This document shows, in pieces, positions 1 through 10,300 of a stretch of 64,000 nucleotides of DNA; within the stretch, counting starts at the first letter, position 1; every line of letters starts with the position of its first letter. The stretch is from Verrucomicrobiota bacterium (GTDB taxonomy: Bacteria > Verrucomicrobiota > Kiritimatiellia > JAHIZV01). The translations under genes were made by a program, and so were the position numbers. A model generated the notes under the pieces. It had not been told where the DNA came from, searched no databases, and saw only the letters and a program-made list of their open reading frames with translations. The stretch lies in contig JAHIZV010000237.1 in assembly GCA_018814445.1 (NCBI GenBank), positions 49,729-113,728 of the forward strand, in the 5' to 3' direction.

Positions 1-3000
1 AATGGATCCAGTTGTTGGAGTTTGCGGCTCCAACGAGATTTGTCTCGTAAAGGAACACTTCAGCGACAGTGTCCGTTCCTTCGATGGATCGCACATACGG
101 CCAATAAACAACTTCTGCGTCATCGGTGATGATGCTTCCTGAGAACGGGATTCTGTATACATCAACCGTTGCGACTCCCAGTGTCGGAAGACCGTGGAAG
201 CTACCGCTTGAATCGATTTCCGCAGTTAGGTAGTGGCCTCCTGTGAGCCAAAGAGTCTCGTTGTGGTAGCTGACCTTTGCTCCCACTTCAGCGGATTCAT
301 CAACACCGAGAACCAAGTTGGTTGCGGCAACAAGATAGATGTAGTTCGTTCCCTTGCGCGGGCCGGTAAGGAACTTCTGAAATCCGGCAGCTGATCCGTG
401 TGGAAGGTTCTCGGCAGACGGCCACCAGTATTCGGTGTTGCCATGAAATAGCCAGTTCGTGTTGATGCCAGATGCCGGCAGTTTGCTTCGCGGGTTGCTC
501 CCGGAGCCAACTTCCAAGCCATCGTCGATCCCATCACCATCGGTATCGACCAGAGTTACATCGGTCAGAGAGACGAAGCGCTCGAAATAGTCGCTAAGCC
601 CATCGCCATCACTGTCGACCGCCTCTTCCAAGAACTTAACGCTGTACTCGCCGGAAGATGGATCGAACTCAATCAAGCAATGAATATTCGTTCGCGTAAC
701 GTAGATATCGACTAGATCGTCATTGTTGACTCCTGGAATCCATGCTTCAGCCGTTCCAGTCATCAACGGATCGGGCAACGAATCTGTCTGATTGGTCTCA
801 GCCCAGAAGACATGCCACGGTTTCCCTTCATCCTCCTCAACAATGCTGAAATAGCGGGGATTTGTTGGGAAGTTGGTTACGACTTTTGCAGTCACTTGGT
901 ACTTCCCTGACGACACGGGAATAAAGACATTTGTATAATGGTACTTGTAAATCCCCAATTCAATCGAGAGCTTCGAAGCCAACCGGTACGTTGGACAGAG
1001 GTCCCCGAAATCCTCGGGTACTGAACTCACAGATTGGACGGAGCTATTGCTGATAGCTTCGTTGAGCTGAATAAGATACCAGCCGCTTTCTTCGGCAAAA
1101 AACTGGTTAGTGCTCGGTCGTTCAGACACGTACATCAGTTCTTGCGTGCTTCCACTGATCAGAAGATTGGTCGATGTCGGCGACCACCCTGCTTCAGTGT
1201 ATTCCTTGTTGTTGAAGTTGAGGCTATGGAACTCGAAGGCGAACTCGTTCGTCGTGTATTCTTCGAAATAGAGATATGCCGACCAGATGTTTTTGCTGGT
1301 GAGCACCATGTTCGTTGAAGGAACCCAGTCGCTGAATTCCCCATTGAGATAGATGGCAGCACTCCGAGACGTGTAGGCCATCGGGTGTGTGCCTGCGAGG
1401 TATTCATTAGATGACAATACTCCGTCTGAGTCAGGGTCGGCACCTCCGTCACTCGCATCTACCGGATTCAAACAATGCGCCACTTCCCAACCGTCCGGCA
1501 TACCGTCTCCATCACTGTCTGTCTGCATTGGATTCGCCTGCCACCAGTACTCCTCACCAAGAGTCAGCCAGTCCTGATCAGGATCCGCGTAGACGCTGTT
1601 CGACAACTCGTGGTCAAGGCCATATCTCATCTCCCACCAATCAGGCAGGGAGTCACCATCCGAATCAGGGTCTGACATCTCAAAGCTAATGCCGGTCACC
1701 TGACCTGTGATAGTAACCAGATTTGTGTAATAGCCGTTTGCCTCGAACGACTCGGCTACTGTGTCACCATCCAGATCTCGAAAGGCTTTAATCCAGTAGT
1801 TCGAAGGTGGCAGTTTGGTTATCTGGTACCAGCCGGGTCCTGAACTTACAGATGAGTAGTTCGTTGCCCATGCGTTCGACTGCACAACGGCGACAACCCA
1901 TACGTCTCCGGTCTGAAAGCCGTAATACGAGATGAAGCCCGAGACATTCGGTGGATCATCAGAATTGAGGGGATCAGTTCCATCGTTGATTTCGCCACCA
2001 TCAGACACTCCATCGTCATCCGTGTCCCAATCGTTGGTACTCGTTCTGTGTAGAAAGATTTCTCGAGCGTCCGCAAGTGAGTCACTGTCGGCATCACGAT
2101 CCGCATTTCCTGCTACGTAGTATCGTCTGACACAGTTGCTGATATCGTTGTCTGTCCAGGTGATGACATTTGTTCCGACCGTCTCAAGATTCGTCGCGCG
2201 CAATTCCCAGCTCCAAGTCAGCACATTTGTTGTCGAGAACATCTCCAAATCATTGGTGAAGTCGATAGGGATATGCGCGAGGATGTCGATGACTCCCCAC
2301 ACGTCCTGAACCGGGCCATGAATACTCAGCCATAAGTCATTGCTCGACGGCGTCGACATCATGTAGCCGCCATCCCCGCTTGATGGAGACAAAGCAGCGT
2401 ATTGCGCTGCTGCCGCCTCAGCGTACAAATACAACTCCAGATCATCTTCCTCAACAAGGGTTATTGAAACTTCGATTCGTGACGGATCCCATAGTGCATA
2501 TTGCATCGATATCCACCACCTTGGGTAGGTGCCTGTCCCGATAAGGGGATACAGATGAAAGAGGTATGCATAGGGGTCGTAGTCATCCGATGCCGGCAGC
2601 GAGTAGATAACTTCTTCATTGCTGTTGACGAAGAGTGCGGCCCTAGTTTCCTGATCTTCGGCGACTGTTACAGGGTATGTAAGCACGCTGTTTTTATACT
2701 CACCAACCAAACCATCGTTGAACTCTTTAGGAAAATCGGTCATGTCGAACGGGAGAACCCGGGCGCCTATTCCTTGCCGCAGAATGAAGCCTTCACCTGG
2801 TGGAAGCACAGGGATCAAAGTGTCCTGCTCATCACGAAATCGATCCTCTAGGTCGGCTATCCCAGTGAGCTTTGAAGACATCAGCGTTTGATACTGATTG
2901 AGGTCCACAGACGCCGCTTCGCTTGTGCGTGCGGACAGGAAGACGGTGATAATCAAGAGGGGCAACAGAACACCTCGGGTGCCTCGTCCGTATTGCTTCA

Positions 3001-3001
3001 T
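1..3001 (-). CDS. Large secreted protein with thrombospondin-type-3-like Asp-rich Ca-binding repeats (partial; C-terminus lies beyond window start)
   Basis: Minus-strand frame is open from the window edge to an ATG at 2999-3001, preceded by a GGAAGGA RBS. N-terminus MKQYGRGTRGVLLPLLIITVFLSARTSEAAS looks like a signal peptide. Internal motifs include DSDGDGLSDYF and DTDGDGIDDGLEVGSGSNP. The ORF is absent from the ORF track because it runs off the window. Confidence 0.6.
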   Translation of the reverse strand, partial: MKQYGRGTRGVLLPLLIITVFLSARTSEAASVDLNQYQTLMSSKLTGIADLEDRFRDEQDTLIPVLPPGEGFILRQGIGARVLPFDMTDFPKEFNDGLVGEYKNSVLTYPVTVAEDQETRAALFVNSNEEVIYSLPASDDYDPYAYLFHLYPLIGTGTYPRWWISMQYALWDPSRIEVSITLVEEDDLELYLYAEAAAAQYAALSPSSGDGGYMMSTPSSNDLWLSIHGPVQDVWGVIDILAHIPIDFTNDLEMFSTTNVLTWSWELRATNLETVGTNVITWTDNDISNCVRRYYVAGNADRDADSDSLADAREIFLHRTSTNDWDTDDDGVSDGGEINDGTDPLNSDDPPNVSGFISYYGFQTGDVWVVAVVQSNAWATNYSSVSSGPGWYQITKLPPSNYWIKAFRDLDGDTVAESFEANGYYTNLVTITGQVTGISFEMSDPDSDGDSLPDWWEMRYGLDHELSNSVYADPDQDWLTLGEEYWWQANPMQTDSDGDGMPDGWEVAHCLNPVDASDGGADPDSDGVLSSNEYLAGTHPMAYTSRSAAIYLNGEFSDWVPSTNMVLTSKNIWSAYLYFEEYTTNEFAFEFHSLNFNNKEYTEAGWSPTSTNLLISGSTQELMYVSERPSTNQFFAEESGWYLIQLNEAISNSSVQSVSSVPEDFGDLCPTYRLASKLSIELGIYKYHYTNVFIPVSSGKYQVTAKVVTNFPTNPRYFSIVEEDEGKPWHVFWAETNQTDSLPDPLMTGTAEAWIPGVNNDDLVDIYVTRTNIHCLIEFDPSSGEYSVKFLEEAVDSDGDGLSDYFERFVSLTDVTLVDTDGDGIDDGLEVGSGSNPRSKLPASGINTNWLFHGNTEYWWPSAENLPHGSAAGFQKFLTGPRKGTNYIYLVAATNLVLGVDESAEVGAKVSYHNETLWLTGGHYLTAEIDSSGSFHGLPTLGVATVDVYRIPFSGSIITDDAEVVYWPYVRSIEGTDTVAEVFLYETNLVGAANSNNWIH

Positions 3002-3252
3002 ATATCCTTCCTTCCGCTATCTTGACACTGTCAGAAACGACCGTAGTCGCCCAGAGATAATGCCCCTCGTTTCGCCGGTCTATTTGCCCTCCTCGGACAT
3101 AAGAAAAGGCTACTCTATTGATGGCGTTCTGTCTTGTCGGGAAAAACCCCACATTTCGTTTATGAGCTCAGTCAGTCTCCGCTCGTGCTGAATCAGTGCA
3201 TCTCTTGCCGGATCTTCTTCTGCCGAGACAAGGCGAACTCCTTACGACTATG

Positions 3253-3280
3253 CCCCCACGCATGGCGCGAAAAGAGGCGG
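3253..3280. terminator. Putative bidirectional intrinsic terminator hairpin between two secreted-protein genes
   Basis: Imperfect stem AGAGGCGG-atacgga-CCGCaTCTCT, flanked by an A-run (gcgaaaag) upstream and a T-run (ctcttttt) downstream. It lies just 3' of the 3300..4523 gene on the minus strand. Confidence 0.3.
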
Positions 3281-3299
3281 ATACGGACCGCATCTCTTT

Positions 3300-4523
3300 T
3301 TACGGCGTCCTCGTCGACCAGACGCTGAAAGCGCTCTCCAGCGGTTCCGTGCGGTCCCTGATGTAGACTTCGATGTCATTCACGACCACCTGATCACCGG
3401 GATCCAGACTCCCGTCTCCGAGCGCAGCATTGACTTGCGGCGTGATGTCTACGTACTCGTGACCGTTCGGAAGGTGCCCATCCGGCGTGACATACCGGCG
3501 TTCTGTATTCCAGTCCAACGCACACCAGAACGGCTCCGTGAGTGCAGGACCGCCTGCCCCCGAGTCATTCCGCAGCGTCAAAGTTCCGAAGAACGTACCG
3601 CGCTGACGGTCGAGAGTCCAAGTGAGCTTCGGAGACATAAGCATCGCTGTGACATTCGTGAATACCCCTGAAGCGACTTCGCCTGCCCACCACTCTTCGG
3701 CAGTCACCTGCCACGACGCACCGTTCGCCAGCGATTCACTGCGCCATTGCAGCGCGTACGCCGCGTCATGAATAGACGCATCCACCGTATCGGGAAGCGT
3801 TCCCCACTTACATGCGTTCCGCACGAGTTGAAAGTGGGCTTCATGGTGAGTGTCAGCGAGAGAGCCCCCCACCCCCTTCAACCCCATGAAGACCGGAGGA
3901 TCATTCGTGGTCAGCACGTACACGGTATTGGAACCTGCGCCCCAATGACCTGTCGCGACATCCTCGCCGGATGGAGATACATCACCGCCGTGGACAAAGC
4001 GAAGATTGTTGAAAGAGACGCCGGAACCGTTGGCGATAGTCCACTGCAGGGAGAAAAAAGGGTTCCCGTTCACATAAGAAACCAACTGGGTCACGACCAC
4101 ACCGCGTTGTCCCGCGCGAAGCGCTGTCTCAATCGACCAGGCATCGGGCATCGAATGGGAGACGGGCGTAAACCGGTCCGTACTCTCATCATCCCACAAC
4201 GCAAACGTGCTGGTACCGTTGCCAAATCGTGACGAAGCATTTGTGCCGTCGAGAAACAGAGCGGACCCTGTCGCAAAGGCAGAGTAGAATTGCGGCCGCG
4301 TCTCCGTCCCCTCCTGCCGCGTGACACCGATCGTTCCGTATTCGTCCACGCTGATCCGGAGAGGGTCGCCAGAGATTTGGAGCGTCTGCGTTGTCGCCGC
4401 CAACGGCAGCAGAACAAGAAGAGCTCCCAACATCGTACATCGAACATAACGCACCGAACATCGAAGGACTCCTGCAGTTCGGTGTTCGATGTTCAATGTT
4501 TGATGTTCGATGTTCCCGCTCAT
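3300..4523 (-). CDS. Secreted hypothetical protein (about 377 aa mature)
   Basis: The long ORF has an ATG at 4523 whose stop/start overlap with the upstream β-barrel gene is TGATG (one shared nucleotide). An alternative ATG at 4433 sits immediately before the hydrophobic signal sequence MLGALLVLLPLAATTQTLQ. The segment between the two starts is encoded by the palindromic repeat. No homolog is recognised by eye. Confidence 0.55.
   Translation of the reverse strand: MSGNIEHQTLNIEHRTAGVLRCSVRYVRCTMLGALLVLLPLAATTQTLQISGDPLRISVDEYGTIGVTRQEGTETRPQFYSAFATGSALFLDGTNASSRFGNGTSTFALWDDESTDRFTPVSHSMPDAWSIETALRAGQRGVVVTQLVSYVNGNPFFSLQWTIANGSGVSFNNLRFVHGGDVSPSGEDVATGHWGAGSNTVYVLTTNDPPVFMGLKGVGGSLADTHHEAHFQLVRNACKWGTLPDTVDASIHDAAYALQWRSESLANGASWQVTAEEWWAGEVASGVFTNVTAMLMSPKLTWTLDRQRGTFFGTLTLRNDSGAGGPALTEPFWCALDWNTERRYVTPDGHLPNGHEYVDITPQVNAALGDGSLDPGDQVVVNDIEVYIRDRTEPLESAFSVWSTRTP
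4434..4516. repeat. Imperfect palindromic (AACATCG)n repeat element, copy A of 3
   Basis: The left arm carries catcgaacat...ccgaacatcgaa. The right arm carries ttcggtgttcgatgttcaatgtttgatgttcgatgttc, with a CTGCAG centre. The same element is present at 20064-20158 and 33731-33832. Confidence 0.6.
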
Positions 4524-5788
4524 CAGAATCTCCTCCCGCCCTCAACACTCACCGAGTACCCGCTGATATCAATCGTCAACTCGTTCGGACCGATACTCCC
4601 CTTGAACTCATCGGGCACCCAGTCGTACCCGCCTGTCAGGACGGCGAACCAACTCTCGCCAAGTGCCACTTCCACACCCCCATGAAGTCCGAGACCGAAC
4701 AGCACATCGGATTCACACAGATCGTCCCGCCAACTTCCGAGGGTCGACGTCTGCCCGTTTTCCTCCGCCATCCATATCTCCCTACGATCGGCTTCGACAT
4801 CGACCAGATTCATGGAAACAATCGGGTTCAGGAAGAACGTCAAACCGCCTCCCGTCATCCACGTGAATTGAGGACCAATCCACAGCTCCAGGATCTGTGC
4901 TTCCACGTCAAAAGACACCTGATTGTAGGCCGTGATCCGGGAACTCGATCCGCCGCCGGCCGTGTAGTCCAACACTGCGCCGACCACATCCAACGACTCG
5001 GGGCGATTGGGAATGAGCGGTGATGGCGGAGGCCAGCCATCAAGGCTACCGGCGTACGGAGGCGAAGGAGGAACCACCCCCATCAAGTCATAGGTATATG
5101 TGGAGTCCTGAACGTAAGACACCGAGCCGCCTGTCCTGGTTCTGCTGATCTCTTCTGCGTACGGGGCCGCATTGAGATCAGACTCAATCCCCGGGAACCA
5201 TGTCACGCCCATGCGCAGATCGAAGGAGAAGCCCTCGTCTCGTTTGAGTCCGAGCGTTGCGCTAAGGTCGACGCCCAACGCGTCAAGATCGTCATCCAGA
5301 GAAACCGCGCTGCTCCACAACTCATCAATCGTCGTTCTCTGCTGCGATGCGCTCAACTGGAACATATCGTTGCGATGGAAGGTCAATGTGTCGGCTATGG
5401 GACTGTACTGACCCGCATTGTCATATCCCCAGTACCACGTGTCCCCGTCGTTCGGCGTTCCCGCGTCCATGAACACATACCCGTCATCGAACTGCCTGTC
5501 GGCATACTGCGTGATGTCATCAAGCGTCGGCACGGTGTACTGAAGACCCGAGTTACCGGCCGACGCGGCATGAAGCCCGTTCATCTGTACATACGACGAA
5601 CCCTCAATTTCCAGTCTCATGCCCGCGCGATAGGCGAGGCCCGCGGAGAAGCGCCAAGCGTCCGCCACGCTTCGCGTCGGCGCTAGAACAAACAACAAGA
5701 AACCAACAAGAAACAACGCATAACGGACGGGGAGCCGCGTTCCAGTGCTTGAGCGTTGATCGTTATCAGTTGATAGTTGAGCGTTCAT
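4523..5788 (-). CDS. Putative outer-membrane β-barrel protein
   Basis: ATG at 5786-5788 with a GAGGAAA RBS. Signal peptide MNAQL...LFLVGFLLFVLAPTRSVADA. Alternating amphipathic composition and a C-terminal ...SVEGGRRF ending in an aromatic residue are typical of outer-membrane β-barrels. Its start overlaps the upstream stop as ATGA. Confidence 0.6.
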   Translation of the reverse strand: MNAQLSTDNDQRSSTGTRLPVRYALFLVGFLLFVLAPTRSVADAWRFSAGLAYRAGMRLEIEGSSYVQMNGLHAASAGNSGLQYTVPTLDDITQYADRQFDDGYVFMDAGTPNDGDTWYWGYDNAGQYSPIADTLTFHRNDMFQLSASQQRTTIDELWSSAVSLDDDLDALGVDLSATLGLKRDEGFSFDLRMGVTWFPGIESDLNAAPYAEEISRTRTGGSVSYVQDSTYTYDLMGVVPPSPPYAGSLDGWPPPSPLIPNRPESLDVVGAVLDYTAGGGSSSRITAYNQVSFDVEAQILELWIGPQFTWMTGGGLTFFLNPIVSMNLVDVEADRREIWMAEENGQTSTLGSWRDDLCESDVLFGLGLHGGVEVALGESWFAVLTGGYDWVPDEFKGSIGPNELTIDISGYSVSVEGGRRF

Positions 5789-7395
5789 CACGGTTTCCTC
5801 ACCCTGAAATATCCTTTGCGATCCTCCGGCGGTGTGACCTTTGTTGTCACGCCCGTAACGGGTCCGCCCATCGGCATCCAATTCGTTCCCGGCAGAACCG
5901 GACTGAATTCGATGAGGTATACCCCGCCCTCCGATTTTCCGCTGCCGCCCTCATCCCACGTTATGGCTTTCAACCCGGCCTTGTCGTGGCCGAAGAGAAC
6001 AATACCGAGGAACTCCTTCGTGCCGCCGCCACCCCCTGCTCCGCCGCCGCCAATCCCGGGCAGTCCTGTCCATGCGTACGTGTCGTCCAGATAGACCGTT
6101 CCGGCTGACCCCGACACCCAGGAACCGGATCCCCCCGCGCTGACCATAGTCATCCCATTGGTGTTGCTGGAACCGGAAGGATAATAGACCGCGACCCTCC
6201 CCCCGCCTCCCGCGACTTCGTTGCCGCCGCCGTTAGCCCGAATGGTTCCATTGCCTGTCAGCCCGCCCGTCTCAATGTAGATCGTGCCTCCAGAACCACC
6301 CCCGGCCCCATCGCCACCCCCCGCGGAACCGTCGGCCGTTATGACACCATCCAGATCAAGCGATCCGGCCAGAATCCTGATCCAGCCGCCACCATCGCCG
6401 CCTGCCCACGAGTCACTGCCACCGCGTGATCCACCGGATCCCAGTGCCGCGGGATTCGTCGCGGTTCCGTAAACCGGATTGGGCGTGCCGCCCCCAGCGC
6501 CGCCGAGACCTCCGTACGATCCGCCGGATCGCTGTGAAGAACCGGTTGCATTGTTCAACGTGCGTCCGGAGTTGAAATTGATGTTAGGCGAGTGCTCTCC
6601 ACCCAGGTACCCGCGTCCGATCACATTGATCGAACTGTTGCTCGAAATTTGAAGTCTCTCGGCAAGTAATTGCAGCCGCGATTCCATAACCGTGGATGCA
6701 TCGAAGTGCGTCACCCCCCCGAACTGAGCCACGACCATGTTGCTCGTCACATGCAGAACATCGCCGAGAACAAGGAATCCCCCGCGTCGGAAAAAGACAT
6801 TGTCGTATACATGGACGGCAGCATAGGTGTCTCCAATCGAGGCGACATCTGTGAGCATTGTCCCACCGCTCACATCCACGGTAATGGACGTCGCGGTATT
6901 ACCGCTGACCGTGAAGACTTCTGTCTGATCCAGATTCGGGTTGACGGTGAGACCCACGAGTCCGCCCGGGAGCAGGGCCACCTTCTGATCTGTTGAGAAT
7001 TCATTGGAACTGACGGCCTGAATAGTCCCGTATCCCACCCGTGTCAAAGGAGTCCAACGCGTGGACGTGGAGCCGGATTTGTTGTCGTCAATGTACAGAT
7101 CGCCATACGTTTGTGCGTGCTGCCTCATCACAATCGTTCCGGCACTGCCCGGCGACCAAGATCCCGATCCGCCAAAAACCGTCACATTGCTGAGACTATT
7201 GAGATTATCACCTCCACCACCCAGCGCACCGTAGGTGATTCCGATCCGGCCTCCCGCACCCCCGACTTCATTTCCTCCGCCGTTCGCGGATACAGTTCCG
7301 GTGCCACGCAGGGTTCCCACTTGAATCTTAACGGACCCTCCGGACCCGCCCCCGGCTCCGTCACCATGACCGGGACCGCCCGCAGCCGTGATCGT
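5788..7395 (-). CDS. C-terminal segment of the giant Gly-rich repeat protein (same frame as 7396..15054, downstream of an in-frame TGA); ends in an FN3-like domain
   Basis: Same reading frame as the 2552-aa ORF. The repeat motifs (GDGAGGGSGG, ANGGGNEVGG, YGDLYIDDNK) continue uninterrupted across the stop. C-terminus ...GYFRVRKP. Confidence 0.5.
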   Translation of the reverse strand, partial: TITAAGGPGHGDGAGGGSGGSVKIQVGTLRGTGTVSANGGGNEVGGAGGRIGITYGALGGGGDNLNSLSNVTVFGGSGSWSPGSAGTIVMRQHAQTYGDLYIDDNKSGSTSTRWTPLTRVGYGTIQAVSSNEFSTDQKVALLPGGLVGLTVNPNLDQTEVFTVSGNTATSITVDVSGGTMLTDVASIGDTYAAVHVYDNVFFRRGGFLVLGDVLHVTSNMVVAQFGGVTHFDASTVMESRLQLLAERLQISSNSSINVIGRGYLGGEHSPNINFNSGRTLNNATGSSQRSGGSYGGLGGAGGGTPNPVYGTATNPAALGSGGSRGGSDSWAGGDGGGWIRILAGSLDLDGVITADGSAGGGDGAGGGSGGTIYIETGGLTGNGTIRANGGGNEVAGGGGRVAVYYPSGSSNTNGMTMVSAGGSGSWVSGSAGTVYLDDTYAWTGLPGIGGGGAGGGGGTKEFLGIVLFGHDKAGLKAITWDEGGSGKSEGGVYLIEFSPVLPGTNWMPMGGPVTGVTTKVTPPEDRKGYFRVRKP

Positions 7396-10300
7396 TCAAT
7401 TGACCGTCAGGTCATTCGAGACGACGAGATCGATTCGTCCACCACCGCTTCCACCGGCCCATGAATCGCTTCCGCCTCGCGAACCACCCGAACCGAGGTA
7501 GATGGGATTATGAGGGTCGCCATAGGCAGGATTGGGAGATCCTGCTCCGTAGGAAGCCCCATATCCGCCAAACGAGCCGCCCGACCTCTCCGATGAACCT
7601 ATCTGCCCCGCGAGCGTCAGTCCGTTGTTATTGTCCGTGTTGCCCGGCCTCTCACCACCTCGATAGCCTCGCGCGGTCACATCTATCGAACTCCCGGCGT
7701 CGATCTCAATGTTGTTCGCGTGAACCTGAAGGCCGTTTTCGTTGCTGAGTGTATGCGTCAGGACGCTGTTCGTCTGGAGCCGCAAGGCACCGGCCACGTT
7801 CAAGCCCGCATCTGCGGTCACCCGGGCCTTGTTCCTGAAGATGATGTTGTCGAATTCATAGCCGTCCAGGATAGGACACTTATCGATCGCGGGTTTCACA
7901 TTGTGCCCGTCAACGACCAGATCCCCATAAGTCTGGCTGGAATGCTTCAGGAACAGCGTGCCATTGCCTCCATTCGTCCAATTTCCGCTTCCGGCTCTGG
8001 CTTCAAGGTGACTCTGGTCGATAGCAAGCGTGTTGTAGCGAATGGCTATCCTTCCACCGCCACCACCGACCTCGTTGCCCCCGCCATTCGCGCGAATGAT
8101 GCCGCTTCCCGAAAGACTGTCTGCGTGTATGTCAATCGTTCCGCCCGAACCGCCTCCGGCCCCATCACCATGACCGCCCTGCCCGTTCGCGGAGATGATC
8201 CCATCATTCGCGATCGCACCCGCGGTTATGCGGACCCAACCACCGCCATCGCCACCCCACCAGGAATCACTGCCGCCACGCGAACCGCCCGAACCCAACT
8301 CCTCCGGGTTTGTCATGCTTCCATAGACGGAATTCGGCGCCCCAGCACCCCAATGACCTCCAAGTCCACCGTAGGAACCGCCCGCCCGCTCCGTGGAGCC
8401 GGCGGAGTTGTTCTCTGTCCGTCCCGAATTCACGCCGACGTTCTGATGGTGTTCGCCACCGAGATAGCCGACCGCATCGGCGTTGATATACCCGTTGCTG
8501 CTCAGTTCCAGCGTGCCTACCGTCAGATCCAGCCGTGATTCAAAGGTCGTCGTCGCTTTGAAATGCGTCAGTTTCCCGTGCTCATCGATTCTTACCGTAT
8601 CGCCAACAACGACCTTGTCTCCGCATCTGAGGGAACCGCCTCGCCGGAAGAAAATATTGTCAAAGCGATGTATCGCAGCATAACCGTCACCGGGCGCTGC
8701 CACGTCCGTGAGATTCGTGCCACCGCTCACATCGACCGTTATGGATGTCGCCGAGTTGCCGATAATGTCGAAGGTTGTCTGCTGCGTCAGGTCAGGATTG
8801 ATCTCCAGTCCGACGAGACCGCCGGGAAGGACGCGAACCGTCTGGTCCAGCAAGAGCATATTCGAGGACAACGCCTGCACCGTTCCGAAACCGACGTGCG
8901 TCAACCATGTGTAGTTTGTGGATGTCGAGACCTTGTTGTCGTCCACATACAGGTCACCGTAGCTTTGACTATGCCGCCTCATGACGACCGTTCCCGCCCC
9001 GCCCGGCGCACTCCACGTCCCGGATCCCCCGAACGCGCCGATATTGCGCAAGTCATTCAGATCGTCACTTTTCCCGCCGAGATAGTCATAGTCGATCAGA
9101 ATCCGACCGCCGCCACCGCCGATTTCGTTCCCGCCGCCATTCGCGCTGATACTACCGCTTCCTCGCAGAAGCGAGGTGTCGATCTTGATAGACCCGCCCG
9201 AGCCACCACCGGCGCCATCACCTGCACCAACCTGCCCGTCTGCCCTGATAACCCCTTCAACAACAACGGCTTCGGACGCTTCTATCGTGACCCTTCCGCC
9301 GCCGTTTCCGCCCGCCCAAGAGTCACTGCCTCCTCTCGATCCGCCGGAACCGAGGTACGCCGGGTTAAGATCCGAACCGTAAACAGGATTCGGAACCCCC
9401 GCGGAGGCGCCTCCGTATCCGCCGTACGATCCGCCTGCACTTTGAGAGGACCCCATCTGTTCCGCCAGCGTGAACCCGCTATTGTTAGGATTTCCATCGC
9501 GCTCGCCGCCGCGATAGCCCTTGGCACCCACATCGATCGAGCTGGAGGAGTCTATCTCCAGACGCTTGCACGTAATGCGTACGCCGTCGGTCAGCATCAG
9601 CGAATGCGTCATGATGCTACCGGTCAGAATCTCGATCTTGTTGCTGACTACGAGTTCATCATCGGCGACGACACGCGCCGTGTTCCTGATGATGATATTG
9701 TCGAAGACATGGCCCGGCGGGATCGGCAAAGCCGAGAAACTGGAACCCGCGCCCTGTCCATCAACGACGAGTGTTCCACCACCTTCATCGACCCCCTTGA
9801 GAAACACCGTGCCGTTTCCGCCATCGACCCAGTTGCCCTGACCGCCCAGGGCATGGAGCAGCGTCGTATCCCAAGTGTCGATGTCCACGTAGTGGACCGC
9901 AATCCGTCCACCCCCGCCCGCAACCTCGTTGCCGCCACCATCCGCGGTCAAATCGCCTCTTCCGCTCGCGGTCGTGACAATCAGGTAGACTGACCCGCCG
10001 GAACCGCCGCCGGCGCCATAGCCGTGCCCCGCCTGTCCGTCCGAAGTGATCAGGCCGTCGTTCACAATATTGATGGCCTGGATGAGAATCTTCCCGCCGC
10101 CGTCACCGCCCCACCAGGAATCACTCCCCCCGCGTGAACCACCCGACCCCAATTCGGAAGGCGCCGTTAAATCACCGTATAACGCGCACGGCGTCCCGCC
10201 CCATGCTCCACCTGTGCCTCCGTATGATCCTCCCGAACGCTGTGTAGAACCTGCGACGTTCCCTGACGTCCTCCCCTCATTCATGCCCGTGTTCGGAGCA

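Noticed and set aside
4434-4523. NIEHRT-type peptide repeats seen in several tracked ORF translations (e.g. 4189..4548, 4290..4685, start of 15051..20165)
   Set aside because: They are translations of the (AACATCG)n palindromic DNA repeat in various frames, not a protein family.
7396-7398. Alternative genetic code (TGA as Gly or Trp) or selenocysteine as the explanation for the in-frame TGA
   Set aside because: TGA is used as the terminator of several well-defined genes in this window (rng at 26000, fabF at 34602, the β-barrel gene at 4523). The genome is GC-rich, unlike known code-4 or code-25 lineages. No SECIS-like hairpin follows the codon.
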